A stretch of DNA of 64,000 nt from NCBI GenBank assembly GCA_012842935.1, contig DUSC01000145.1, forward strand, positions 225-64,224, read 5' to 3'. Each line of letters opens with the position of its first letter. The first letter of the stretch is position 1. Below are positions 8,991-18,485 of the stretch, in pieces. Under the pieces are notes generated by a model that saw only the letters and a program-made list of their open reading frames with translations, was not told the origin of the DNA and ran no database searches. Position numbers and translations under genes: made by a program. This DNA is from Hyphomicrobiales bacterium (lineage in GTDB: Bacteria > Pseudomonadota > Alphaproteobacteria > Rhizobiales > Rhizobiaceae).

Positions 8991-9746
8991 CTACATCGAC
9001 TTCGCGGTGATGCCGCCGTCGGCGTGCAGCACCTCGCCGGTGATGAAGCTCGCGTCCGGGCCGATCAGGAAGGCGATCGCCGCGGCGATTTCCGCTTCCT
9101 CGCCGAGGCGGCCGAGCGGCGTCTGCGCGCGTCGCCTGGCATAGCCGGCCTCGTCAACAATCGCCCGCGCGCCCGGCGTCGGGACGGCCCCAGGCGCGAC
9201 CGCGTTGACACGGACGCCCCTCGGTCCGAGTTCCACCGCGAGCTGCCGGGTCAGGGCGACGATCGCGCCCTTGACGGCGGTGTAGGACGACGTGTTGGCG
9301 GTGCCGAGGTCGGCCACCGGCGAAGCGAGGTTCACGACGGACGCCGGCTTTTCGCCGCGGTGGGTGAGCAGCGCCTGAACGCCCCAGAACGCACCCTTGA
9401 TGCCGACCGCGAACATGCGGTCGAGCACCTCCTCTTCGACCCCTTCGACCGGTCCGTAACGGATGAAGATCGCGTCGTTGACGACGCCTGTCAGCGGGCC
9501 GAAGGCGGCGGACAGGGAAGCGGCCGCGGCGAACACGGCCTTGCGATCGGATGCGTCGGCCACGATGGGAAGCGCCTTGCCGCCCGACGCCGTGATCGCA
9601 TCGGCCGTCGCGTGGGCGAGTTCGGCGGCGATGTCGAACACGCCGACCGCCGCGCCGCGTGCTGCGAGCAGGCGCGCCGTGGCGCCGCCGATGCCGCGGC
9701 CGGCCCCGGTCACGAGCACCACCTGATCCGTCAGATCCTCGGACAT
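8991..9746 (-). CDS. Short-chain dehydrogenase/reductase
   Basis: TGAGRGIG, YTAVK, RVNAVAPG, ADGG; ATG 9746 with GGAGG RBS. Confidence 0.93.
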   Translation of the reverse strand: MSEDLTDQVVLVTGAGRGIGGATARLLAARGAAVGVFDIAAELAHATADAITASGGKALPIVADASDRKAVFAAAASLSAAFGPLTGVVNDAIFIRYGPVEGVEEEVLDRMFAVGIKGAFWGVQALLTHRGEKPASVVNLASPVADLGTANTSSYTAVKGAIVALTRQLAVELGPRGVRVNAVAPGAVPTPGARAIVDEAGYARRRAQTPLGRLGEEAEIAAAIAFLIGPDASFITGEVLHADGGITAKSM

Positions 9747-9777
9747 GGTGTCTTCCTCCCTTGTCTCCCTTGTCCGA

Positions 9778-10566
9778 TCAGGACCGAACGGGTCCCGGCA
9801 CACCGCCGTAAAGCCCCCAGAGTTGTGCGGCGAGCGTGCCGGAATCGACCGGGAGCTCGATGCCGGTAATGGCGCCGGCATCGTCCGAAAGCAGGAAGGC
9901 GATTGCGTTGGCCACCTGCTCGGGCATGACCAGACGTCCCAGAGCCGTCTGCCGGATCATTGTATCCGGATTGCGTTCTCCGCGCGCATAGCTCGCCTCG
10001 ACGGCGGGCGTGCGGGTCGGGCCGGGACAGACGCAATTGACGCGGACGCCGCTGCGGCCCCAGGCGACGGCAAAATTGCGTGTCATGTTGATGATCGCCG
10101 CCTTGGTCGGGCCGTAGGCCTGCAAGGGGCTCGAGTTGAAGGCTGTGATCGAGCCGACCGTGACGATGGATCCCGCGCCGCGTTCCAGCATCCCGGCGCC
10201 GAAGGCGGTAAGCGTGCGGAATGTCCCGGTCAGGTTGACGCGCAGGATCGCCTCCCATTCGGCGAAGTCCTGCGCCTGCGGCAAGTGCGGATTCTCGAGA
10301 TGGGCAGCGACGGCGGCGAGAGCCGAGCACGGGCCGACTTCCGTCTCCACCCAGCGCGCCGCATCGTCTATCGAACCGGCGTCGGCGAGGTCGATCTCGC
10401 GCGCGACGGCGCCGTGCCGCGCCGCCACCTGCCTGGCGAGATCCATGTTGCGGTCGAGCACCACGACTTTCCATCCGTCGCGCCGCAGGCGGGCGACGCA
10501 GGCCTCGCCGATTCCTCCTGCACCGCCCGTGACGGCGGCGACGCGGTCCTGGGAGGATTCGGCCAT
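9778..10566 (-). CDS. Short-chain dehydrogenase/reductase
   Basis: TGGAGGIG, YGPTK, RVNCVCPG, VDSG. Confidence 0.92.
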   Translation of the reverse strand: MAESSQDRVAAVTGGAGGIGEACVARLRRDGWKVVVLDRNMDLARQVAARHGAVAREIDLADAGSIDDAARWVETEVGPCSALAAVAAHLENPHLPQAQDFAEWEAILRVNLTGTFRTLTAFGAGMLERGAGSIVTVGSITAFNSSPLQAYGPTKAAIINMTRNFAVAWGRSGVRVNCVCPGPTRTPAVEASYARGERNPDTMIRQTALGRLVMPEQVANAIAFLLSDDAGAITGIELPVDSGTLAAQLWGLYGGVPGPVRS

Positions 10567-10568
10567 GA

Positions 10569-11753
10569 TCAGAGCGCCTCGTAGAGAGCTTCGATGATGC
10601 GGCGTGCCCGCGGTCCGTTGTCGCCGCGCGCATGCATCTTGCTGCAGCCATAGGAGAACCCGATCCTTGCGTCGGGATCGCCCATGCCGATCGAACCGCC
10701 AAACCCGTGATGGCCGAAGGAACGCATGTTCGGCCCCATCCAGACGGAGACCGGCGTATTCAAGAGCACGCCGCGCGCCTGGTGATAGGGCCGCTGCTGC
10801 ATCTTTTCCGTCTGGTTGTGCTGTTCCGTCAGCATCTCCTCGACGGTTTCCGGCGACATGAGCTTGACGCCGTCCAGCTCCCCGCCACGGGCGAATGCGG
10901 CGTAGATGCGGGCGACGGCGCGGGGGTTACCGTGCCCCGATGCACTGGTGATTTCGGCGCGGCGCCACGCGGTCGAGTTCAGCGTCACCGGCAGCGGCTC
11001 GTCGGGAAACTGGGTGAAGCCCTTCGCGACCAACGTATCCGGCTCGGTGTCCCGCTTGGCAAGCAGAGTGCCTTCTACCGTGGGAACCAGCGTGGCGCAG
11101 CGCGCAAGGTCGGCGTCGGACAGGTTGCCGTACTGGTAATCCGCACCGAGCGGCCCGGTTACCTCGTCCTTGATGAACTGCGGGAAGCGCTTGCCGGTGA
11201 CGCGCCGGACTATCTCGCCGAGCAGGTTTCCCTGGGTATGAATGTGGTAGGCCGCCACCGTTCCCGGCTCCCACAGGGGTGCCTGCTTCTCGAGTGCGGC
11301 AACGATGGCGTCGCAGTCGAAGACCGCGCCTTTCCATAAGGGATCGAGCACCACCGGAAGGCCAGCGGTGTGGTCGAGAACATGGCGGACGAGGACGCCC
11401 TCCTTGCCGTTCTGGGCGAATTCCGGCCAGTACTGCGCGACCGGCCTGTCGGGATCGACCAGGCCACGGTCGATCAGGATGTTGAAGGCCATGCCGGCGA
11501 TGCCCTTGGCGACCGACATCATGCAGAGAATGGTGTCCTCTTCCCAGGGTTTCGAAAGGTCCGCGTCGCGATAGCCGCCCCACAGGTCGACGACCTTTCT
11601 GCCGTCGACATAAACGGTCGTGGCCGCGCCGATCTCCTCTTCGACTGCGAAGTTCTCGGCGAACGCTTCCGCGACCCTCGCGAAGGCCTCGTCGTAGTTC
11701 CCCTGCAGCCGGAACTCATATCCACGCGCGGATACCGACTTGACGAAACGCAT
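10569..11753 (-). CDS. Serine hydrolase, beta-lactamase class C-like / family VIII esterase or amidase
   Basis: VVDLWGG, SxxK (MSVAK), YWPEFAQNGK, LDHTAGL, WEPG..AYH, FGHHGFGGS. Confidence 0.92.
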   Translation of the reverse strand: MRFVKSVSARGYEFRLQGNYDEAFARVAEAFAENFAVEEEIGAATTVYVDGRKVVDLWGGYRDADLSKPWEEDTILCMMSVAKGIAGMAFNILIDRGLVDPDRPVAQYWPEFAQNGKEGVLVRHVLDHTAGLPVVLDPLWKGAVFDCDAIVAALEKQAPLWEPGTVAAYHIHTQGNLLGEIVRRVTGKRFPQFIKDEVTGPLGADYQYGNLSDADLARCATLVPTVEGTLLAKRDTEPDTLVAKGFTQFPDEPLPVTLNSTAWRRAEITSASGHGNPRAVARIYAAFARGGELDGVKLMSPETVEEMLTEQHNQTEKMQQRPYHQARGVLLNTPVSVWMGPNMRSFGHHGFGGSIGMGDPDARIGFSYGCSKMHARGDNGPRARRIIEALYEAL

Positions 11754-11787
11754 GTTCTCTCCCTGGGTTCGCCAAAGCGGATATCAG

Positions 11788-11807
11788 TTTGTATGACAGT
11801 ATGTCAA
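11788..11807. promoter_or_regulatory. Putative tandem GntR/FCD operator upstream of serine hydrolase
   Basis: TTTGTATGACAGTATGTCAA contains TGT-ATG-ACA and tandem GTATG(A/T)CA; minus-strand TTGACA overlaps it. Confidence 0.7.
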
Positions 11808-11820
11808 CACTACAGTCTAA

Positions 11821-12621
11821 TCAGATCGGCGCCAGGTCGAGCCGAACGATGTCGGGCATGCCCGGAATCAGTGCCGGCCAGCGTTCGCGAACCTGAGGAT
11901 CATGCCCCGCGATCAGTAGGCTCTCGTCGCCGCCGGCCAGATCCTCGCAGCGGATGTACCCGTCCAGCATTTCGCCGACGTGGTGCACGAGCGGAAAGGG
12001 CGCGCGCCGGATTCGGTTCTCGTTGAAATGGAACGCGTCGGACGCGAGCACGAGCGGCCCGCGTTCGGTCGCGACCCGCACCACCTGCAGCCCGCCCGTG
12101 TGTCCGCCGACCCGATGCAGCGAGATGCCGGGAAAGAGTTCCGAATCGCCGTCGTGGAAACGCACCCGGCCGGCATGGACGAGGCCCACTGCGTCGAGCA
12201 CGTCCCGAACGTTGAACGGCGCGCGCAGGCAGGCATGGCACATCGGCCGGCCGGTCGCGTAGCGCATTTCTTCGTCCTGGAGGTGGAAGGTCGCGACCGG
12301 AAAATCCGCCAGCGATCCCGCATGATCATAATGGAGATGGGTGAGGATCACGTCGCGCACGGTCGTGCTGTCCACCCCTGCCCGTTCGAGCAGCGCCACC
12401 GGGCGGTGGATCAGTTCGCGGCCGCGTTCGCGGGCAGCCTCCTCGCCGAAGCCGGTGTCGACGACGACCACGCGACCGTGTCCACGGATCACCCAGACGT
12501 AATAGTCGAGCGGCATCGGCCCGTCGTGAAGGTCCATGCCGGGCATGAAGTTCTCGTGTCGCGGACGATCGGGCGCGGTCCGGGCATAGCGCAACGCCAG
12601 CACCTCGTAGGTCGGTTTCAA
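11821..12621 (-). CDS. N-acyl homoserine lactonase-family metallo-beta-lactamase-fold hydrolase
   Basis: VDTGF, THLHYDHAG (HxHxDH), GGHTGG, LASDA, AGHDP; TTG start with GAGGAG RBS. Confidence 0.9.
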   Translation of the reverse strand: MKPTYEVLALRYARTAPDRPRHENFMPGMDLHDGPMPLDYYVWVIRGHGRVVVVDTGFGEEAARERGRELIHRPVALLERAGVDSTTVRDVILTHLHYDHAGSLADFPVATFHLQDEEMRYATGRPMCHACLRAPFNVRDVLDAVGLVHAGRVRFHDGDSELFPGISLHRVGGHTGGLQVVRVATERGPLVLASDAFHFNENRIRRAPFPLVHHVGEMLDGYIRCEDLAGGDESLLIAGHDPQVRERWPALIPGMPDIVRLDLAPI

Positions 12622-12671
12622 CGGCTCCTCCCGATCCTCAGCATTCCAACTTGAATTATCATACCGTCATG

Positions 12672-12682
12672 CTGTATGACAG
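12672..12682. promoter_or_regulatory. Putative GntR/FCD operator in divergent lactonase/dctP promoter
   Basis: CTGT-ATG-ACAG palindrome, with degenerate opposite-strand half-sites at about 12657-12672. Confidence 0.65.
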
Positions 12683-12762
12683 CCTGCCATTGTGGCAATG
12701 GTCGCCGCAATGTTCATATCATCTCTGCGCTGTCGCGCAGTTCGATCCGCGGGAGGATTCCG

Positions 12763-13779
12763 ATGAAATTCACACATCTGCTGGCGCCGCTCGCCGCTAT
12801 CTGCGCCCTCGGCGCAGCCGCAGCTCACGCGCAAGACTACCCCGAAATGTCGCTCCGCTACTCCTCCAACATTCCGGAGGTGGTGAACACGTCGAAAATC
12901 GACACCTATTTCTCCGCCGAGATCGAGAAGCGCAGCGGAGGCAAGATCAAGATTCAGCATTTCTGGGCAAACACGCTGGGCGGCGAGGCCGAGATGGTCG
13001 ACCTCGTCGGCTCGGGCGCGGTAGACTTCGGCCTGATCGTGACCGGCAACCAGTTCTCGCGCATGCCGTTCACGGCGGTCACGAATGCCCTGCCCTTCAC
13101 CTATACGGACGGGCCCAAGCTCAACCGCCTGACCGCCGATATCTTCACGACCAACGCCACCATCAAGGCCGAGCTGGATGCAGCCAACCTGCATCCGCTG
13201 CTCTACCGTTATCTGCCCGACTATCGCATCTACTGCACCAAGCCGATCAGGACGCTAGCCGACCTGCAGAACACGAAGATCCGCTCCTACGGCGCCTTCG
13301 TGCCGGTCATGCTCGAATCGATCGGCGCCGTCCCTGTGAATATCCCGCCGGTTGACATGGTCCAGGCGATGCAGTCGGGCGCGCTGGATTGCACCTACAT
13401 GTTCAACTCGGCAGTCAAGGCGTTCAAGATCGACCAGGTGGCGAAATTCGGCACCGATCTCTCCTTCGGTGTCATCAGCGCGCACACGCTGTTCGTCTCC
13501 AAGACGAAGTGGGAAGGCTGGCCGGAGAACGTGCGCAAGCTGTTCGAGGAAGTCGCCGCCGACGCCGAGAAATTCGGCAACGAGCTGATCGCCGCCGACG
13601 AAGCCAAGGCCGTGGACGGACTGAAGGAAGCGGGCATGGAAATAGTCCACTTCGAAGAGGCCGAAGCGCTGAAGGCCAAGGTGCCCGACATGCTTGATGT
13701 CTGGGCCAAGAAGATGGACGAAATGGGCAAGGGCGCCGAGGCGAAGGAACTCGCCGACTATATCCGCGCCAATCGCTGA
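12763..13779 (+). CDS. dctP: TRAP transporter substrate-binding protein
   Basis: Sec signal ending AHA; IEKRSGGKIKI, LPF, DLQNTKIR (conserved carboxylate-binding Arg); GGAGG RBS; followed by small and large permeases. Confidence 0.93.
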   Translation: MKFTHLLAPLAAICALGAAAAHAQDYPEMSLRYSSNIPEVVNTSKIDTYFSAEIEKRSGGKIKIQHFWANTLGGEAEMVDLVGSGAVDFGLIVTGNQFSRMPFTAVTNALPFTYTDGPKLNRLTADIFTTNATIKAELDAANLHPLLYRYLPDYRIYCTKPIRTLADLQNTKIRSYGAFVPVMLESIGAVPVNIPPVDMVQAMQSGALDCTYMFNSAVKAFKIDQVAKFGTDLSFGVISAHTLFVSKTKWEGWPENVRKLFEEVAADAEKFGNELIAADEAKAVDGLKEAGMEIVHFEEAEALKAKVPDMLDVWAKKMDEMGKGAEAKELADYIRANR

Positions 13780-13790
13780 CCCGACCAACT

Positions 13791-13817
13791 CCGCGCCGGC
13801 TTTTGCGGCCGGCGCGG
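13791..13817. terminator. Stem-loop between dctP and dctQ
   Basis: CCGCGCCGGC-ttttgcg-GCCGGCGCGG, 10-bp perfect stem. Confidence 0.55.
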
Positions 13818-13836
13818 GCAATGTTTCCGGTGATCC

Positions 13837-14364
13837 ATGGCGCCGCTTGCCCGACTCGACCGTCTCCTCCGCCGGGTTTCCTATCTCGGTTTCCTCGCCG
13901 CTTCGGCCCTGTTGCTGGTCGTCGGCGTCATGGGCGCGGCGGACGTGGTGTCGACGAATCTCCTGTTCAGGCCGATACCGGGAATGGTCGAACTGTCCGG
14001 CGCGCTGCTGGCGGTGATCGTATTCCTCGGTCTCGCCGAAGCCCAGGCGCGAGGCTCCCACATCGTCATCGACGTTGCGACCCAGAACATGGGGCCACGG
14101 ATGAGGAGCCTCTCAAGCATCGTCTCCCTGCTGATCGCGGGGGGCCTGATGGCGCTGATCGCCTGGCATACCACACGTCTGGCCATCAATTCCTGGAACA
14201 TCAGCGAGACCGCGCTCGGCGCACTCGCCTTCCCCGTCGCGCCGTTCAAGAGCGTCGCGGCATTCGGTGCGTGGCTGGCAACGGCCGAATTCGCGCGCCA
14301 GATCCTGCGCCTGATCGGCGGTCGGAAAGCGACCGACGCCGCGGAGGATTTCCGCGATGCTTGA
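13837..14364 (+). CDS. dctQ: TRAP transporter small permease
   Basis: About 4 TM segments; ADVV, PIPGMVEL, GSHIVID. Confidence 0.9.
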   Translation: MAPLARLDRLLRRVSYLGFLAASALLLVVGVMGAADVVSTNLLFRPIPGMVELSGALLAVIVFLGLAEAQARGSHIVIDVATQNMGPRMRSLSSIVSLLIAGGLMALIAWHTTRLAINSWNISETALGALAFPVAPFKSVAAFGAWLATAEFARQILRLIGGRKATDAAEDFRDA

Positions 14365-15670
14365 TCCCCTGACGATCGGGTTCGCCGCAATCGCCGCGAT
14401 GCTGGCGCTGTCGCTGATCGGCGTGCCGGTCGGCATCGCCATGGCCGCTGTCGCCGTTGTCGGCCTGTGGACCACGGGCGGCGCTGCGTTCGCACTCAAC
14501 ACGCTGACGAACCTGCCGTTCGCCATGGCTTCCGACTACAGCTTCGTCGTCATTCCGATGTTCGTCCTGATGGGCGCCATCGCGTCCTCGTCGGGTATCA
14601 CGCAGGAACTCTTCACCTTCTCCAACCTGATCCTGCGCTCGACTCGCGGGGCGCTCTACCAGGCCACGATCCTTGCATCGGCCGGATTCGCCGCGATATC
14701 CGGCTCGACGCTCGTCAACGCCGCGCTGTTCACCCGAATCGCGCTGACCGAAATGCTGAAGCTTGGCTACGACCGCGCCTTCTCCGCCGGTTGCATCGCC
14801 GCCGCCGGTACGATCGCCGCGCTCATCCCCCCGTCGATCAGCTTCGTCATCTACGGTCTCCTGACCGGCGAGTCGGTCGCCGAGCTGCTCATTGCCGGTA
14901 TCGTTCCCGGCCTCCTCACCACCGCCGCCTACATGATCGGGACGAGCGCACTGGTGCGGGTGAAGACCGAACTTGCCCCGCCGCCGCAGCCGCGTGCGCC
15001 CGTCGGCGAGATCGGGCGCAGCGCGATCGCTCTTTGGGCGACGTTTCTTCTCGCCGGCCTTGTCATCGGCGGCATCTATCTCGGTTTCACGACACCGTCG
15101 GGCGCGGGCGCATTGGGCGCGGTCGGAGCGCTCGCCATAGCGCTCTCGCGCCGCCGCCTGTCGCGCGCGGAGCTCGCCGACTGCCTGCGTTCGGCCGCAG
15201 GGGTGACCGCGGCCCTCTTCGTCGTCATCATCGGCGGGCTGATGTTCACACGGTTCTTCCTCGTCGCCGGGACCGTCACCTCGGCAACCCAGCTGCTGCA
15301 GTCGTTCGAGCTTTCGCCCGTCCTGTTCATGCTGATTCTCGTCGCGGTCTTCATCATCCTCGGCATGTTCATGGACCCGCTCGCCATGCAGGTCATGACG
15401 CTGCCCTTCGTCTATCCGATGGTCACGGCGCTCGGCTATGACGGCGTCTGGTTCGGCGTGATCATGGTCAAGCTGGTCGAACTCGCCGTTCTCAGTCCGC
15501 CCGTCGGAATGAATCTCTTCGCGGTGATCGGGGCATCCGAAGGCAAGGTGAAGCTGCCCGAGATCTATCGCGGTATTGCCCCCTTCATCTTCATCGAGGC
15601 GATCGTGCTGGCCCTGTTGATCGCCTTTCCCGAACTCTCCCTCTGGCTGCCGCGCCAGATGTTCAACTGA
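14357..15670 (+). CDS. dctM: TRAP transporter large permease
   Basis: IPMFVLMG, AAISGS, LIPPSI, LIAGIVPG, LSPPVGMNLF. Confidence 0.95.
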   Translation: MLDPLTIGFAAIAAMLALSLIGVPVGIAMAAVAVVGLWTTGGAAFALNTLTNLPFAMASDYSFVVIPMFVLMGAIASSSGITQELFTFSNLILRSTRGALYQATILASAGFAAISGSTLVNAALFTRIALTEMLKLGYDRAFSAGCIAAAGTIAALIPPSISFVIYGLLTGESVAELLIAGIVPGLLTTAAYMIGTSALVRVKTELAPPPQPRAPVGEIGRSAIALWATFLLAGLVIGGIYLGFTTPSGAGALGAVGALAIALSRRRLSRAELADCLRSAAGVTAALFVVIIGGLMFTRFFLVAGTVTSATQLLQSFELSPVLFMLILVAVFIILGMFMDPLAMQVMTLPFVYPMVTALGYDGVWFGVIMVKLVELAVLSPPVGMNLFAVIGASEGKVKLPEIYRGIAPFIFIEAIVLALLIAFPELSLWLPRQMFN

Positions 15671-15687
15671 ACGATGAGGACCACAGC

Positions 15688-16605
15688 ATGGACGGCAAGG
15701 CAAGAATCGGCTTCATCGGCCTCGGCGCCATGGGCGAGCCGATGGCAGCACGCCTCGCATCGGCGGGGTTCCCTCTCACCGTCCACGATACCGACGCCGC
15801 GCGCACGGCGCGCGTGGCCCGGTCGCTCGGCGTGGCGGCCGCGGCTTCGCCCCGCGACACCGCCTCCGCCTGCGATATCCTCGTCACCATGCTGCCGTCG
15901 AGCGCCGTCGTCGCAAAGGTTCTGGAGGGGTCGGACGGTGCGCTCGCCGGGCTGGCCGCGGGCTCCCTCGTCGTTGAGATGTCGAGCGGCGTGCCGGACG
16001 TCACGCGATCGCTGGCGGAAAGGATAGCGACCCAGGGCGTGGCCATGATCGACGCCCCGGTCTCGGGCGGCGTCTCGCGGGCGAAGACCGGCGAACTCGC
16101 GATCATGGCCGGAGGTGAGACGACCGACATCGATCGCGCGGAACCCCTGCTGAAGGCTATGGGCAGCTCGATCATCCGCACGGGCGCCATCGGCAGTGCG
16201 CATGCGATGAAGGCGCTCAACAACCTGGTCAGCGCCGGCGGCTTCCTCGTCGGCATCGAAGCTCTGCTGATCGGCCAGCGCTTCGGGCTCGACCCGGCCC
16301 TGATGGTCGACGTTCTCAACGTATCGACCGGCATGAACAACTCCACCCAGAAGAAGTTCAAGCAATTCGTGCTGTCGCGGCGATTCGACTCCGGTTTCGG
16401 CCTCGACCTGATGGTCAAGGATCTCGGCATCGCGCTCGGCGTCGCCAACGCCACGGCGACGCCTGCACCATTCTCCGGCCTTTGCAAGGATATCTGGGCC
16501 GGGGCGCAGAAAGTCCTCGGACCCGGCCAGGACCATACGGCCGTGGCGAAGTTCAGCGAACTCCTTGCCGGTTCGACACTCGGCGGAACGCGGGACGGCG
16601 AGTGA
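15688..16605 (+). CDS. NAD(P)-dependent beta-hydroxyacid dehydrogenase (3-hydroxyisobutyrate/tartronate semialdehyde family)
   Basis: IGFIGLGAMG, DAPVSGG, MKALNN (catalytic Lys), FGLDLMVKDL. Confidence 0.94.
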   Translation: MDGKARIGFIGLGAMGEPMAARLASAGFPLTVHDTDAARTARVARSLGVAAAASPRDTASACDILVTMLPSSAVVAKVLEGSDGALAGLAAGSLVVEMSSGVPDVTRSLAERIATQGVAMIDAPVSGGVSRAKTGELAIMAGGETTDIDRAEPLLKAMGSSIIRTGAIGSAHAMKALNNLVSAGGFLVGIEALLIGQRFGLDPALMVDVLNVSTGMNNSTQKKFKQFVLSRRFDSGFGLDLMVKDLGIALGVANATATPAPFSGLCKDIWAGAQKVLGPGQDHTAVAKFSELLAGSTLGGTRDGE

Positions 16606-17318
16606 GCGCGGCGCCTCTATCGAATCGGACGGTGGCGGTGTTCGGCGGGTCTTCGGGCATCGGCCTCGCCACCGCGCAGGCCGCAAGCGCGCTCGGTGCG
16701 CGCCTCACGATCGCCTCGCGCACCGAGGCGCGGCTTCGCGAGGCGGCGCGACGGATCGGTCAGGTCGAGACCGCGGTGATCGACATCCGCGACGCTGCGG
16801 CCGTGAAACGCTTCTTCGACGGGCGCGACCCCTTCGACCATGTCGTCGTCTCGGCTGCGGAACTGGCCGTCGGACCGCTGCGCAAGCGCGGTCTCGGGGA
16901 CGAACGCGCGGCCATGGACAGCAAGTTCTGGGGCGCCGTGAATGTCGCCCACGCTGCGCGCATCCGGCCGGACGGAAGCCTGACCCTCGTCTCCGGGATG
17001 ATCGGCACGCGGCCGACGGGTGCAGCCACCATGCTCAGCGCGATCAACGCCGCGATAGACGCGCTCGCCAAGGCGCTGGCAACCGAGATGGCGCCGGTCA
17101 GGGTCAACTGCGTCTCGCCCGGCCGGATCGAGACTCCATGGTGGGATTTCCTTTCGCCGGCCGATCGGCAGGCGCTGTTCGACCGAACCGCGTCGGGCCT
17201 GCCGTTGAAGCGGATCGGTCGCCCGGAGGAGGTCGCTGCCCAGATCGTCCACATCATGCAGAACGGCTTCATGACCGGCAGCGTCGTTCTGGTCGACGGT
17301 GGCGGCGCGGTGGCATGA
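16602..17318 (+). CDS. Short-chain dehydrogenase/reductase, atypical (no YxxxK)
   Basis: GTG start overlapping upstream TGA; GGSSGIG, SKFWG, RVNCVSPG, VDGG. Confidence 0.9.
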   Translation: MSAAPLSNRTVAVFGGSSGIGLATAQAASALGARLTIASRTEARLREAARRIGQVETAVIDIRDAAAVKRFFDGRDPFDHVVVSAAELAVGPLRKRGLGDERAAMDSKFWGAVNVAHAARIRPDGSLTLVSGMIGTRPTGAATMLSAINAAIDALAKALATEMAPVRVNCVSPGRIETPWWDFLSPADRQALFDRTASGLPLKRIGRPEEVAAQIVHIMQNGFMTGSVVLVDGGGAVA

Positions 17319-17365
17319 TCGCGGTGACGACAGCCTTTCGAGCTCCCACCGCGCGTGCCCCCGCG

Positions 17366-18472
17366 CTACGAGACCTTCTCGTGCCCCCCGCAATTCCGCG
17401 AGAACGGCAGGTATTCGACGTCGTAGCCGAAGTAACGCGGCCCGACGAGGTCGATGCCGGCCGGTGTCAGCCATTGCGGATCGCTGGGGAAGGTGAGCGC
17501 CACCAGCCGCAGCCCGTAGCGCAGCGAATCCGCCGTCACCGGATTGCCGCTCTCGGCCTCGAGCAGCGTGATCAGGTCGGGCGTCGTCACCAGCAGCTTG
17601 CCGTCACGCTCGGCCATCAGGAACTCGTTCTGGAAGTCGAGCCTGAAGCTGTGGCCCTTCCACTCCTCGACGCCGTCGAAGCGCGCCGAGCCACGGGCGA
17701 AACCGCCGACCGTGCGCCGGTCGATGTCCTTGACGCGACCGTGGAAGATAATCTGCGCGTCGAGCATGTCGGCAATTGCGCGCACGGGATCGCCATGGGC
17801 GGCGCGGGTCTCTCGCAATGTCCGCCCGAGCCGGGAGCACAGCGAAAGGGTACCGCGCACGGCAGCCTTCTTCGCCACCGCGCCGCTCATCGGATAGAAG
17901 GCGAGAAGCGCTGACCCGCCCATCTCCACCGTCGCCGCGCGCGCCAGCCGCTCGGTCCAAGCGTTCGACACGGTCTCCAGCACCAGCGAGTTGCCCTTGT
18001 CGTCGCAAAGCACCATCGGCGTCGCCGAGACCCCGTGCATAGTGAAGGTGACCATCTGCAGTTCGGGATAGGCGCGGCCCATGCCGTCGCCATCGACCAG
18101 TGGCATGCCCGAGGCGGCGGCGACGACGAAGGGCGTCGTCGAATTGACGCCGCCGGCCTCGCCACACAGCACCGCATCGATCTTGCGGCCGAGGAAATTC
18201 TCCAGCGCGCGGAAGGCGTTCATCAGCTCGTCGCCCTGCGGCAGCTTCTCGGTCATCACGGTCGGCGCGCCCATCATGCAGACGGGCACGACGAGGGCGT
18301 CGTCGGCAAGCTGGTCGACGTCGATAAGCTTGACGGGCCCGTGCTTCCTGATGGCCTGCTGGGCCATCAGCTTGCCGATATAAGGATCGCCGCCGCCGCC
18401 CGTGCCGAGGATGGCGCCGCCGATGGCGATGTCTTCGAGATCTTCGGCGTAGATGTTGCGCAGGATTTCCAT
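17366..18472 (-). CDS. DUF917 family protein
   Basis: ILGTGGGGDP, GAPTV..EK, EAGGVNS, VDGDGMGRAYPE, FQNE, PDLI, LRYG, VGPRYFG. Confidence 0.9.
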   Translation of the reverse strand: MEILRNIYAEDLEDIAIGGAILGTGGGGDPYIGKLMAQQAIRKHGPVKLIDVDQLADDALVVPVCMMGAPTVMTEKLPQGDELMNAFRALENFLGRKIDAVLCGEAGGVNSTTPFVVAAASGMPLVDGDGMGRAYPELQMVTFTMHGVSATPMVLCDDKGNSLVLETVSNAWTERLARAATVEMGGSALLAFYPMSGAVAKKAAVRGTLSLCSRLGRTLRETRAAHGDPVRAIADMLDAQIIFHGRVKDIDRRTVGGFARGSARFDGVEEWKGHSFRLDFQNEFLMAERDGKLLVTTPDLITLLEAESGNPVTADSLRYGLRLVALTFPSDPQWLTPAGIDLVGPRYFGYDVEYLPFSRNCGGHEKVS

Positions 18473-18485
18473 GTCGTTGTTCCTT

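Noticed and set aside
10569-12621. Beta-lactam resistance or quorum-quenching interpretation of the two hydrolases
   Set aside because: The folds match, but the serine hydrolase has no signal peptide and esterase-type motifs, and both sit in a catabolic regulon. No evidence for those specific roles.
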